64,000 bases of DNA from Lama glama (GCA_028534125.1 CM052832.1:15130001-15194000), one strand, 5' to 3'. Counted from the first letter of the stretch, positions 9,621 through 22,697 are shown. Translations and numbers: made by a program. The notes: a model not told the origin generated them from the sequence alone.

Positions 9621-12600
9621 CCCCTTCCTGGAGAAGGCCAACCCCCTACCCAACCCCACCCTAAGCCTGGTCCTATGGGGGCATTGGGAGAGCCCTGAGG
9701 CCGCAGGTGAGCGACTTCCCACCCAGAGGAGCTCCAGAGAACCTTGAGGCACCAGCTTAGCCCCCTGTGCCCCATCCCATCCTGGTAGCCCGGCTCTCAG
9801 GGTCCCGCCCCACACATGCCCTCCCCAACCATAGCCTGCTTCTTCCTAGGATCTCTGCCCACCTAGGGGGAGGCCATGGGGAGCCTCATTCAGGCAGGGT
9901 GACGTGAGACCCTGGGATTTCTCTGCCTTGGCGTCCACACCTGGGTCTTTGCCCTTTCAGTCCCCTGGGGAAGGGGTTGTCCAGAGGGCCCCTGCTCTCT
10001 GGCCCTTCGGTAGCCCGGGAGTGGTGGCCCTGGTACTAGAACAGCTGAAGCCACTTGGCTTGGCTTTGCCCAGCCCCCTCTGGCAGGGCCCTGAGAGGTG
10101 GGGACTCAGAAAACGGGCACTGGGATGTGTACGTGAGGGGTATGGTGGGGAGGGCAGCCTGCAGAGTGGTGGTTCTCTAGGGTGTGTCCAAGGAGACCTC
10201 AGCTGTAGAGGGTTGTGCTTTGAGAGGGATGAGGGAGGGGAAGATGCAGGGCCCTCAGCATCCGAGGGGCAGGCCCAGGGTCTAGGCCTGGACCAGACTG
10301 GTCCTTCAGAGGTTAAGAGATGTGCACAGGACAGAGCAAGGCCAGCATCTTTGCCAACCTCCCTATCCTCCCTGGAGCCAGCCCTAGGCGTGATAAGAAG
10401 GGACGGAGAGGAGAGAGGGGCAGGGCATGTGAGGGGCATGTTAGGTGTCAGGGGACCAGTAATAGCGGTGACTGTTTCTTGAACCCTGACTATTGGCCAC
10501 ACCTACCACATACCAGTTTTCATCTTCACAGCAACCTGGAAAGGCAGGTATTTTTAATCATTTGTAGGATATAGATGAGAAAAAGGGAGGCTCAGAAAAG
10601 TGAGGGATTTAACCAGGCCACACAGCAGCAAGGCTGGACCTGACCACTGTCCCGTCTCCTTGGACAGACTGAGGCCTCTGGTCTGGGCCAAGCCACAGCC
10701 TCCAGCCTCTGGGGTGGGCCTCCGTAGGCCTCACACCCCATCGCTCCTGGGTAGGCAGGCATCGAGGGGTTGCTGTGGTCACCCCTGCCCCACAGCAGAA
10801 CTTGGCTTCTTCCCTGGACACCCTGTAAGTGCCCCAGTGGTATAAATGGCAGTTCCTCCTGCCTCCCCACTCTCTGAGAGTCTTAGGGGGCTCCCATCGG
10901 TGGGGGAGGAGGAGAAGAGCCCCTCTCTCCAGGAGAGGTTCAGATCCTGGTGGTACCTGCGGGTAGCACTCTGTTTCCTCCCTCTAGCACTGGGGGAAGG
11001 GCTGGAGGTGGGCTTTGTTGATGGCACCAGAGGGACATAGGCTAGCACAGGCTCCAGAGAGAGCCCCTTTGTCACCTACCAAGAGGTCAGGAGAAACAGG
11101 AGACCTCGACTCACAGGTGTTTGGGCTGGGGTGGCATCTCTTACGGGCTCCCCGCCCGGGGACTCTGGGGGATCTTCCCTTCTCAGCATCATTCCCACCT
11201 GTAGAGAATATCAACCGTGGAAAGGAGGGAAGTCCCTTCCCAGATCCAAACAGGATTTTCCACTTCCCAGAGCTCTCTCCCCTTTGAGTGATCTTCACAG
11301 TCCTGTGAGGCCTGGATTGGGCTGTCTCCCCAGCTGAAGCCCAGAGAGGGTGAGTGACTCTCCTGAGGTCACATAGCAAGGTGGTGACTGGCTGGTCCCT
11401 CCCAAAGTCTTTCCCCTGACCCTGACTTCATATGGCCCCCCTATCTCTGGGGGCCCCATTCTCTGTGCTGAGCAGCTGACCTGGCTTCTGACATGCCCTT
11501 CCTTTGATTCATACCCCTGATGAGTCTCTGTTGGCTAAATCCTTCACCGATTGACGTCTGGTTCTCTCCAGTCCTGTTCCTCCTCCCACAGTGCTGGCTT
11601 TCCTTTTCCTACAGCCTTCAGATGCCCCGTGAGCCCTCCTCTCTGCGATGAGAAGGGCCAGTGTCCTCATGGGCCTCCCTACCTCTGACCTTTCATGTCC
11701 ACCCAGATGTGCAGAAACCCCAAATGCAGCCCCTCACCAGGCCCTTCCATCCTGAGCAGGGACCCCTTGCTGCTCCCTGCACCACACTCCTGACTTCCAT
11801 TTTCCTCCTTCCCACGGAGACCCACCCTTCCTGGGTCCCATCCCTCAAGGCCCTACTCTGCTAGTGCAGAGCCCTGCTCCAGGGCTCATGAGAGTCAGCT
11901 CTGGAGACCACGAGGGTCTTATTGGAGATAGCACCCTGACCCCAGAGTGGGGCGATCACGGTGCTGTGACTGGCCAGAGGGGACCACAAGGTGGGGCTGT
12001 CACAGAGAGTGCTGATGGCACCTCATTGACATTGTTGCCTCCGCCTCTGCTCAGGCTCGTCACCTGGGGGCAGGGGACAATTACTCACCCCTGCCAGATG
12101 AGGAGGGTTGTGGCCCCTGCATCCTGCAAGGGAATGGTGAGAGCTTCCCCCACACCCTCAGGAAGGACCGGAGACCAGTGCCTCTCACCCTGACTGTCAG
12201 CGCAGTGACAACAGGGGCCATGGCGGCGCCGGACGAGAGTGGGGTGATTAATTCTGGGAACAGCCAGATCGAGGGGGTGTGAGCAGGGGGAGTGGGGAGG
12301 TGTCACTCCTGTGGAGCAGGGACATTTTTCACTCTGTCACTGGCAGGCCACGTATCTTTAAACAAACAACAGAATAAATAATTCAAGGGCCCGATTGCAG
12401 GCAGATTAGGCAGAAACACAGGGCCGACAAATGGGGGCTGCCAGCTCGTGCCTGCTGCTGCCCAGCTAATTGTTATCTGAGGCAGCGGAGACTGAAAGCC
12501 CGCAGCAAGGGCCTGTCATCAGCAGGGGATGGATGGGGGCCCTCTGCCCACACCCCTTCCCGCTATGCTGTGGATACCCCTGGAGTGTCGCTATCCCCAT

Positions 12601-15600
12601 CCTGTCCTCATCGTTGTGTCCTCAGACTTGCTCCCTTGCCCACCATTTTGCAGGGCTTAAAGAGTATTTCTATCTGCTCCATGGCCGAGAGCAGCCAAGG
12701 GTTTATTATCACCCCATTTTACAGATGAGGGAGTTGAAGCTCTGAGAGGTTCAATTTGTTAGGAAGGCCACCTGGCAGGTGCTGAGATCCCCTAAACTGG
12801 TGAGGGCAGGCCTGGACTGCAAGTGTCCAGAGTCTTGGCCAGAACTCACAGTTAACTCCTGGGGTCAGCCTCCCTGCTCCCATTTTCCAGATGGTCAGAC
12901 TGAGGCCCCACTAAAGGACTCTGGGGCCCCTGGCTTACAGCTGAGGGCCGAATGTGCTTCCAGGTTCTGAAACCCACAGACTGGATTTTCTAGAGGAGGC
13001 AGCTCTGGTCTTAGAGGGAGAATAGGTACCCAGCTGTCCCTCACCTCCCTGCCACTCTCTCATCCCCCACCTGCTCTCGGTGCCCCCACTGCTGCCCTCA
13101 GTCGCCCATTTCCTGCAGTCAGTGGAGATTTTGCTGCTGCTGCCCCTGTAGAGGTTTTCCTTCACCTATGAGCCAGGAGCTGCTGACGGGTTTACAGCTT
13201 TGGAAACTCAATTTTATCAGTTCACCCAAGGGGTGATGGAGCCCTGGGGAATTGATTCTCACCAGCCTGGCCTACAGGCGCGTAATTCACAGAGCCAGCT
13301 GCTGGCTCTTTTGCTGATGGTGAGGGAGAGTGTGGGGTAGAGATGTAGGGGTGGCGGAAGCCCCTCAGGGAAAGAAGTCTAAGCAAAAAGGACCACTCCT
13401 GTCGTGTCACAGGCAGGGCAGGGAAGGAGCTGCCTGAGGTCATGGGTGGGGGTGGGGTGGGGTGGGGTGCAGGTAGAGGCCCCTGTCAGCAGAGCTGTCC
13501 TCCCTCACACCATCCACCTCCCTTTCAGCACCTTCTGCCATCCCCGGGCCCAGCCTCCAGTTGCTCAGCTTCCTTCCCAAGTGCGCCCAAGCCCAGGCCC
13601 CTCCTGGATGCTGTCCCATCAAAACCACCCCATGGATGGTCCTTCTCCCCTCTTGGTCAACCAGCATCCTGGAGGGACACGGGCCATTTTAGAAATGAAG
13701 TGGGAGTTCTTTACATAAGGGGTGTGCTTTTCTTAATATTGTCCTGGATGTCATGGGCACAATTTCCTTCCAGTAGCATCCGTCTGAGTGGCACCTAAAC
13801 CTTGAAACTTCCCTGCCACTGCCCAGTGCAGTGATTGTTCATCCTCTGCTTGAACATTTCTGCTGACGGGGACTATTTCAGCTCACCTACTGCATAAGGC
13901 CACCCACTCCGCCCTCAGCTCAGGCCTGGAGAAGGTTCTTCCTTGGGCTCAGCTGCACTCTGATCCTCCTGCCTCCCCCATGGTCCCATGGTGTCCCCTT
14001 TGCTCACTCTACATACCAGCAACTTTGCTTCTTCCCACACTCAAGGGACCCCACGTCCCCCCGCCCCTTCCCGAGAGTGGGACACAGTAGTCCTGCCTGT
14101 ATTTGTGGGCTTCCAGTTCTGCTGCTGTGACAAAGAAGCCCCAGGACAGAGTGGCTCACATCAGACAAATGTTTGTTCCTCTCTGATATTGTAGTACACG
14201 GTGGGTGGGTGGGAGCGGGGACCCTAGTTCCTTCCATTTTATCATTCCATCATCTCCTGGAGGGTTGTCCTGTCCTCGTGGCTGAGGCTGGTTGACTTTA
14301 GTGTCTTTTCTGCCCACAGAGGGGAGAAGAGGAAGTACAGGGGAAACAATACCTTGTAAACAAATAACATGGGAGCCGCACACAGCCCTTGACACACGTC
14401 ATCAGCAGGAACGTTGTCATGCAGGGCCACGCGGGGCCGCAAGGGAGTCAGGGAAATGTGGTCCTTAACCTTGGTGATCACGAGCCCAGGGGAAACCAGG
14501 AAAGGAGGGTTGGGGTTGGTCAGCATGCAGCCCACCAAGCTGCTCCCCTCAATGTCCTTCTCCAGTCACATGCCCCTGGCGGTGCCTGGCAGGTGCACCT
14601 CCTTTTCTGAGCTGTCAGGATCCTGACGGAGTCAAGACAGTTTTAGGACAAAAGATGCTGTGATTTTCTCCCATCTGGTCTTCTCTCTTGACACCAGCAG
14701 AGCAGCCCCACCCCAGGGAGCAATTCCACCCTTGATTACTCTCATGGGGCGGTGCTCCAGGCCACCAAGGGAGACCCTCTGCCTCGTCAGAACAGGACAA
14801 AACCAGGACCTGGCTGGTGCCTCACCCCTCTGGCCTCAGTACCTCATTTTTCAAACAGGGGTGATGCTTCTTTGGCCCCTCCCTAGGCTGCTGTGTGGTG
14901 CAGACCCCAGTGGGTTGGAGGTGGGGGCACCCCTGCTGCTCAGGCAAGCTCATGTTACCTGGCTGTGGGTGGGGAAAGGAGGCTGGGGTCAGGGAATAGG
15001 AGACACCCAGACGTGCAGCCACTGGTGAACATGGGCCAGAGGGACAGGTGCAGGTATGGGAGGCTCAAGGCTGAGGCAAGACAGGACACCCAGAAATGGG
15101 AAGGGTGGCTGCACAGAGGGCTGGGGGGGTGCCTGGATGACTTCTGTTTCCCTTGGACCTGGGGAGAAGGTGGAGGCAGGCAGACACAGCAGTTCCTAGC
15201 CTCACAGGTCCCCTCTCTGGTTCCACTATTCATCTCCTCTGTCTCCATTCCCCATGCACCTCCCCTAGGCTGCTGGTCTTGTCTGTTCTTCGAGTCTTCT
15301 CTTCCAGAGTGTGTGTGTTGAACTTCTGAAAAACTCTCCCTTGATACTTTCAGGCTATGTAATTATATCCCAAATAAAAATGATTCTCTTAAAGTGGGGT
15401 GGAGTCAGGAGGCAGCAGGGACTCTGGTGGGGGGAGGTGCTCACAGAGGGGTCTACCTGGAGGACAAAGTGAAGAGGGAAGGGCCCTCCAGGCACACACG
15501 GGTGGGAGCGGGCGGGGTATGCTGGGAGACCGGGTTGGGCTGGCGCATGGTCTGGGGGATGCTCAGTTCAGGAGTCTGGACTTGATGCTGTGGGCAGGGC

Positions 15601-15674
15601 CATCCTTGTGCGGAAGAGGGGTTGGAAGAAGCCAGGGCCTGACTCCTTGGTACCCCTGGTGTCTCTCGTTCCAG

Positions 15675-15724
15675 CGCTGGCCACTAAACAGACCTACGTC
15701 ACCTACACCAACCATGCAATCTAG
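15675..15724 (+). CDS. GRM4: GRM4 last coding exon segment (50 bp) encoding the mGluR4a C-terminus ALATKQTYVTYTNHAI*
   Basis: Acceptor ctcgttccAG|CG (AG 15673-15674). Phase 1 matches the previous exon (G+CG = Ala). Stop TAG at 15722-15724. This peptide is not in the ORF track and was found by direct translation. Confidence 0.97.
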
Positions 15725-16640
15725 CTAGGCCACTGGAGCCGCACAGGAGGAGGAGGACGGAGACCCTCGTGGATGGTGCGTCGGGCCAGGGCCATGCCCA
15801 GGGGCCCCGCTGATGTCCTCCCTGCCCGTGGGCGCCCATGGATGTGGCTTGGTGCTGAGGACAGCAGAGCCCCCGGTGGTCACTGCTGGGCAGCCTGGGC
15901 AAGCCGGGTGGGTGACAGGAGGTGGATGAGGGGCCGAGGCCGCTTCAGGCCACCCCAAGATCCTGTGTCTTGGACCAAGGCCCCTCTCAGCCCCAAACCA
16001 CAGGGGCTCAGGTTGTGGGGGCCCTAGTGCTGTCCCGTGTCCCTGCCTGTCCTATTGGTGACCTCTGTCTGTCTCGATCCCTGTCTTAATTTTCTCTTCT
16101 CTCCTCGAAGCACCTTTTCTCTCTCTGTGTCTCTATCTTCTTTCTGCCTCTGCCTTTTCTCCCTCACGCGGTCTCCACCTCCAGCGCTCCGTTGTCTTTC
16201 CACTGGTCCTCCACCCGGTCTCTCCTCTTGTGCACTTTTATTTCCCGTCCTCAGCCCTCTGCTCGTCTTCATTTAGGTCCACCGTTGCTCTCTCTCCCTG
16301 CTGTCTTTTCCTGATTCACCAAATCTTCCATGCCACAAAAGAGAAAAAAAGGAAAAAAAAAATCAAACCCCCTAAAAGCCGAAACAAAAACAGATCTCGA
16401 GTGTGTTGCCAAGTGCTGCGTCCTCCTGGTGGCCTCTGTGTGTCCCCGCGGCCCGCAGCTTGCCCGCCTGCCCCCGCCCGTCTGCCGTGTGTCCTGCCCG
16501 CCTGCCCGCCTGCCCCTCCTGCCGATGACACGGAGTTCAGTGCCTGGGTGTTTGGTGATGGTTATTGATAACAATGTGTAGCGCATGATTGTTTTTATAC
16601 CAAGAACATTTCTAATTAAAATAAACACATGGTTTTGCAC
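15725..16640 (+). other. GRM4: GRM4 3' UTR (short form, to the proximal poly(A) site)
   Basis: Runs from the stop codon to the overlapping ATTAAA/AATAAA signals. Includes a CT-rich block (~16050-16310) and an A-rich tract (~16336-16362). The cleavage position is estimated. Confidence 0.8.
16615..16625 (+). terminator. Proximal polyadenylation signal of GRM4 (overlapping ATTAAA 16615-16620 and AATAAA 16620-16625)
   Basis: Sequence tctaATTAAAATAAAcac, with an upstream TGTA (CFIm-type) at 16577-16580 in an AT-rich patch inside GC-rich flanks. Confidence 0.8.
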
Positions 16641-17978
16641 CCTGGCTCCATATCCACTGAGGGTCCTGCAGTGGACCACGGGCTCAACCTACAGCTGGAG
16701 GGCCTGGTGTTAGAGGGAATGAAGAACTGGGTGATAGAGATCTAGGGCTGGGGGGCGGTGGGGGCTGCTCCCTGGGCCAGCATCGAGTGGGGTCTTAGAG
16801 AGGCCTTGGGCAGGGAGGGGCCAGGGCACTGTGGGAGATTCCAGAAATCAACCCCTGGGGGTCCCCTAAGTAAGGGGGATGCTCTGTCCCTGTCCTCTGT
16901 CCTGCAGCCCCTGAGGAAGATACCACTTCTGCCCTGCCTCTCCTCTGGCTCACATCTGTCACATCTGGGACCCCACCCTGCCATCCCATAATCTGGGCCC
17001 CTCCTCTCCTTCCAGCCAGGACACTTGCCTCTTGAGAAATTGCCTTCCAGGGCTCCCAGCACCCACAGGCCTCACCCCTGCCTTTCCTGTCTCCAGGTCA
17101 CAGGTGCTGAGATGACGAGTGACTCCTGGAGATCAGTGTGTGGTGTGTGCCCAGGTGGGCCAGGTGCACAGCATGGGTGTGTGTGTCCCCAGCCCTGTGT
17201 GTGTGTGCTCCTGCACCTCTGTATACATACTTGTTTGTCTTATGTGAGCGTTTCTCCATTTATGCCCAAGTGGGTGTGAGTCCACATGGCACCCATGTCA
17301 TGATGCCCGTCCTGGGCTGGTGGCAAGTGTGTGAGTGTGTTCACGGCAGCTGTGTGCTTTTGTGGCAGGTTGAGAGGCAGGGAGTGTGACAGCTTAGGGG
17401 CTGGGCCCTGCCAGGGGTAAATTATAGAGCCGGCAGCACAATGAGGCCACAGTCAGCAGCTGGAGCCCGGGCTGCCCGTGCTGCCCCTCCTGCCCCTTCC
17501 TGCCCACCCCCAGGACCCGCACCCCCTTCCACCTCCTCTGCTACCTGACTAGGGTGTGGGGTGCGGAGGCCAAGGGCCTGGGAGGACCTGGGCGGGGGGC
17601 AGGCAGGGAGTAGGTGTGGAAGTGTGCGTAGAGGTGAGGCTGGGGCAGTAAATCACGCCACGTGTTAGTGCTCCTCTGCTAAGTGGAGTTAAGCCCATCT
17701 ACTCCTGGGGGGAGGGCTGGCCTCGCACACACCTGTGCTCAGGAATCTGCCCTCCCCAAGGCTCGTGTGTGCCTGCGTGTGCAGCACCTACTATAGGCTC
17801 AGTAAATATTTGTGTAAGGGAAGGAGAGGGGATCATCTTGCTCTTGCAGGATGGTCCCTTAGACTGCGACCTGGAATAGATCCTCCCCAGTGCCCCAGTG
17901 TAATCAGGCAAATCTAGGGTGTCAGACCAAGAGCATTTTCCACAGGCATCTGCTGTGCAGCCCAGTGGGCCAGATGAG

Positions 17979-18157
17979 TCAGTGTTCCAGTGGCAGAACC
18001 TTCAGATCAGCATCAGCATCCCTGGGGACTTGTTAGAAAATCAAGTTATGGGCCCGTCAGGCCTGCTGGACTGGAAGCTCTGGGGGTGGGGTCCCAAAGT
18101 CCCTTTTACAGGTCCTGCAGGTCACTTCAGTGTAAGGCCAAGTTTGAGAACAAGTGC
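17979..18157. mobile_element. MER5A/B-like hAT-Charlie relic
   Basis: cagcatcagcatccctggggacttgttagaaa...gaagctctgggggtgggg...aagtttgagaac pattern. Confidence 0.65.
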
Positions 18158-18239
18158 TTAAAACTAACTGTGTGTTGAAAGGCCAATACGTGGGGTTGAA
18201 ATATGTTTGGGGGAACAGGGGAAGGGTGGAGTTCAGGCC

Positions 18240-18325
18240 TAGGGTTACCAGGGACTGGGGGAGTTCCTGGGACGCAGGACTTTACGCAGTGGTAAAACCA
18301 GGAAAGTCCTGGAAAAACTAAACAA
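18240..18325. mobile_element. MER81-like hAT-Blackjack relic
   Basis: tagggttacc...gggactgggggagttcctgggacgcaggacttt...gtggtaaaaccaggaaagtcctgg resembles the recalled MER81 consensus. Confidence 0.55.
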
Positions 18326-19216
18326 ATCTGATAAGGCCCCTTTCCTTATTCAAGAGATATTAAGTACCTACTACAGGCCAGGTCCTGGGTGTGCAGTGAT
18401 GAACCAGCCAGGTGTGGTAACAGACCTTGGGGTTTTTGTAGCCAGGAGGGAACAGTGCCACTCAGGAGCTTTCTGGGGATCAATACCCAGACTAGGTTGC
18501 TACCAGCCCTGAGCAGAAGCCCACTAAGCTGCCAGGCTGGCTGGGCACACAGGACACCTTTGTGGAACCCCCAGGACCCTGGGGACTCAGCATCAGAAGC
18601 AGTACACAAACATGGAGCTCTTCCAGCTCAGATGGGCTGGTTCTGCGTTCCCATGTCCCACGGTCGGTTTCTCACATCCTGTCTTCTCAGACCCTGGAGG
18701 CAGAGGCAAGGGGGCCAGAGAGTGGCCTGTTAACTCACGCCAGGTGCCCCGCATTACTTTAGCCTCCAGGCCCAACGAGGGGTCCTTGGGGGCCCATGTG
18801 AGGACACTGAGCCTCCAGGAGGCTGTGGGACCCCTCCCCAGCCAAAGGTCAGAGTATGGACCCTTTTTTTTTTTTTGAATGTTCCCACTGGGGACTGCTG
18901 CTCCCTCCCCTGAGCCTGGGGTTTCCATGCACCCACTGAACATCCGGGGAGGCTGAGGGGCTCTCCGTGGCACAAGAGCTCCCCTCTGCCCCTGGGCCTG
19001 CCCTGCTCTGCCCTGCAGGCCTTGGCCCTGGCACTCTGAGCTTCCCAGGGCTTGGACTTCCCTGCAGACATCCTGGCACCGAATGGTACACAGTGCCAAA
19101 ATCTCACTTCAGTTGGCAAAAGCAGCAATTAGCGTGTAATGAGGCTTCTTGCTTTATTTTTAGGTAACCTCCAAGGCCCTGCCTGTGTAATTCAGCCCGC
19201 CATTGCTCGGCAGATA

Positions 19217-19222
19217 ATTAAA
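19217..19222 (+). terminator. Candidate distal polyadenylation signal (ATTAAA) for a long GRM4 3' UTR
   Basis: ATTAAA with upstream TGTA at 19135 and 19186, CA dinucleotides just downstream and a T10 run at 19243-19252. Confidence 0.55.
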
Positions 19223-21229
19223 GCATGTCACCATAATTTGCCTTTTTTTTTTCTTATAAAGCCCGTAATTATGTTTTTATTGTGAGTGAGTGGGGGAAAA
19301 GAGGAAGGAAAGAAAACAAAGAGAGATGGAGCTGGGGCAGGAAATGGGGCTTGGCTCCCCCGGCCAGGATCCTCCACCCCATTGGCAGAACCAGGAGCCC
19401 CGCTCTGGGCGCACGGCCCCAGAGGCCCCCTCAGCTCAGGTCTGCCCAGCCGGCTTCCTGCCCAAGACTCCCTCCTTGCTGGCTTTCCTTGCCCGCCCTT
19501 CTGGAGTCCTCCTCTTCCAGGTTTGGTTTGGGGGGGTGGCTTCCAGTTCTTCCCCCCTTTCCTTATAAAACCAGCCCCAGTATTCCAGAAAACCAGAAGA
19601 TTCCAGTGGGCAGGAAGAGGGTGGGGCTGAAACCTGAGTGGCCACGAGGTGATCCTTGAGCTGCTCACAGGCACCGGGGAGTTCTTGCTACAGGTGTTTG
19701 ACATTTTCCATAATCAATCAGTAAAACTCCCTCTAGCAGGAAGGGCCTGCTAACTGAGCCTGGCACCTGGTATCTGCTCTCAGGAGCTCTTGTGACTTGC
19801 TGTTCTTTCTGACTGAGTTCTTTATGCACCCGGAATTGCATTTCAGTCATTATTTTGGTGCTGGTGAGTGGTGGTGGGAGAGCCTTTCTGGGCGTCTGAA
19901 ATCAGACTCTTTAAGCCTGCAGGGCATGCTGGGAACAGGCAGGGCAGCTGCCCACACCGTTTCAGGGAGGCCACTGCCCTCAAACATCTTCCTACCTGCC
20001 ACCTACGTCTCCGAAAATTCTATCGCTGAAGCCCCAGGCTTCTGGGTCAAGGCATATTCTTCCAAAACATGTCAATGGTTGGCAACTGAACTGTACTGGA
20101 GTCAGGTTTCAAGACACCAGCTGACCTGAAGGTGTGGAACGGGGAAGAGGTAAGTTTTAAAAGAACTGGTTTTGAAAGAGCTTCCAGATTACCTTAACAC
20201 AAGTAGCGCAGTCTCCCCTCAACTTTCGGGAGACCACCTCACCCCATATTCTGTTCATATGGTTTGTTTATTACCTTCAACCACCCACCAGTATGTCAGC
20301 CCCACCAGGGCAGGGGTTTTTGTCAGTTTGATCACAGCTGAATGTAGAACAGTATCTGGCACACTGGAGGCATACAATAATTATTTGTTGAATGAGTGAA
20401 TTAGGGGAAAGGGGTTGGCTGGAGACCTTGGAGGACCTAGTTAGCTGTATCCCCACCTCCACAACGCCACTCCCACCCCCCAGAGCTCAGCTCCATTGCT
20501 GAGCCTCTGCCCAAAGTCCGATGGGTCATTTCTTCATTGTAGCTTCCTAAAGTTTTTCTAGAGGCCCAAGGGGAGCACAGGTGTTGCATTCTGGTCACTG
20601 GATAGAGAACTGACCCCCACCTGCCCCCTCACCCCCACACCAGGATGACAGGCAGGCTGAAGTTGGTATCGGGAGATCTGGATTCTAGGTAAGTGTCTGC
20701 TGCTAACTTGATGCGTGTCATTGGGCAAGTTGCCTGCCCTCTCTGGGCCTCAGTTTCTTCATCCATAAGATGAGCTATGAACTCTGAGCCCTCAGAGCCT
20801 GGATGAGCAGCCAGCAGCAGCAGTACGGAAAGGGGAGGTGACTGCAAAGAAGAGTCTTTGGGGGCCAGTTGCTATGGCAACTGCACACACTAAGGGGTGG
20901 GGGAGGGGCTGGAGTATGCAAATCAGGCCCTTCCTTCGGCTTCCTCAGCGCTAGTTCTCTGTGATGAGAAGAAGGGGCTTTGTTAATGTTGTGGGGCAAT
21001 GGAAGAGGATGGAGAAATGGCGGGGGCTGCCTTACCCTTCAGGACAGTGTTCCCTCTTCTTCTCCTCTGCCCTCCCTGCCTCCCCTCCTCTGGGGTTTTG
21101 GGCTTCTTTTCTTCCACCCACTCCTCAAACGCAAGGGCTGCCTCTGGGGCTCCAGGCCTGTGTCCATTCCCCCTTTTCTTTTTCCAACTCAGTACTTTCC
21201 CGATATTTCCTGTCCCCTGCTACATGTCC

Positions 21230-21895
21230 AGGGAGTCTTGGGACTGGTGCCGGCCTGCTGGTCAGTGGGTAAGCTCCTGGCACCAATAGTCTAGAGGGAG
21301 GACTCTAATATGGTACTGGCTGGCATCAGTGTTCTTGTGGTAGGGTGGGCCCCCCAAAATGGCTCTCATCAGTCTCTAAGTCCTGGGGAAAGTCCTACAT
21401 GCCATGCCTCCTGCCTCCAGGAGGCTCTCCAAGATTACTACTTTCAAAGTACTGCCTCTGTGCTGGGACTCAGAACACATGGGATTTTGTGTGTGCCTTT
21501 TAAGAGTCAAGTCTCTATTTTCTGCAGCCTTCGAACTTTCCCATATGCAAGCTCTGTTGGCCTTCAAAGCCAGACATTCTAGGGACTCATCTTCCTGATG
21601 CAGGACCCCCCAGGCTGGGGACCCCAGTGTGGGCTCAGACCCTTCACTCCTTGGGGAGAACCCCTAAGATTTTAATTACCCTTCTGTTTACCTGAGTGTG
21701 GAGGTCTTGGCTATATCACATTTTTGACCCTCCTACCCGTCTTGCTGTGGCTCTCTTTGTGTTGTTCGTTGTGGGAAATTCTTCCTGCTAGACTTCAGGT
21801 TGTTCTCATTGATAGCTGCTCTGTAAATAGCTGTAATTTTGGTGTGCCTGTGTAAGGAGGTGAGCTCGGGCTCATCCTACTCTGCCGTCTCGAAC
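21230..21895 (-). mobile_element. LINE-1 5' UTR fragment (laurasiatherian type), including the extreme 5' end
   Basis: Reverse complement begins gttcgagacggcagagtaggatgagcccgagctcacctcc...acaccaaaattacagcta, resembling the CAAGATGGCGGAGTAGG...GAGCTCACCTCC start of laurasiatherian L1s. Confidence 0.7.
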
Positions 21896-21899
21896 ACAC

Positions 21900-22420
21900 T
21901 CTCTCATTTTATAATTTCTACTGCTACGTTTTCAAGTTCACTAACTTTTTCTTCTGTGGCATCCAGTCTGCTGTTAAGTGTGTCCAGTGCATTTTTAATC
22001 CCAGATTTCATCTTTCAACTCCAGAAGCTTGATTGGGTCTTTTTTCTTTTTTTTAATATCTTTCATGTCTCTAGTTAAATGTTCAAATTTTCCTCTACTT
22101 CTAGAACAAAGGGAATATAGTTAGGATAACTATTTTGAGTATCTTTGTCTACTAATTCTGTCATCATGTCATTTATGGGTTGGTTTCAATTGATTGATTT
22201 CTTTTCTCATTATGGGCTGCATTTTCCTCCTCCTTTGTATACCTGATAATTTCTTATTGGATTCCAGATATTGGGAATTTTTACCTCATAGGGTGCTCAT
22301 TATTTTTGTATATGTATAAATATTCTTGAGGTCTGTCCAGAATGTGATTAAGCTACTTGGAAATGGTCAAATCCTTTCAGATCTTGCTTTTAAGATTTGT
22401 TAGATGGGACCAGAGCAGCA
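21900..22420 (-). mobile_element. Old LINE-1 fragment (ORF1-region-like)
   Basis: T-rich text such as ttcaagttcactaactttttcttctg...tctgctgttaag, typical of antisense ancient L1. Confidence 0.6.
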
Positions 22421-22697
22421 CTGAGTCAGAGGCCCCAAGGGGAGATCACCCGGGACCTGGCAGCATGTAGCCAGAGGGCCACTGGAAGCTTTAAGTGGGG
22501 TGAGGTACGACATGTACCTTTAATGACCTTAGGATGTTTGTGTGTCCAGGGCTCAGGCCACTGACTTCTCCACTGTGCCTGCTCCCTAGGGGCTTGTCCT
22601 GTGGCTTTGACTCCCAAATGTGCATCTTCAGCTCTCTGTTCTTGCACCTGAACTTGACTTGTGTGGCCCTTCCTCCACTCCCCAGTTCTACCAGCAT

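Noticed and set aside
9020..9775. 251-aa antisense ORF
   Set aside because: Shadow of the GC3-rich GRM4 exon plus MIR sequence.
15851..15865. REST/RE1 half-sites ggtgctga-ggacagc (also isolated halves near 13524 and 60224)
   Set aside because: Halves are in non-canonical orientation or unpaired; no full RE1 seen.
16336..16362. A-rich tract as a poly(A) site or retrocopy tail
   Set aside because: No upstream hexamer or TSD; it is a genomic A-run and an internal-priming hazard.
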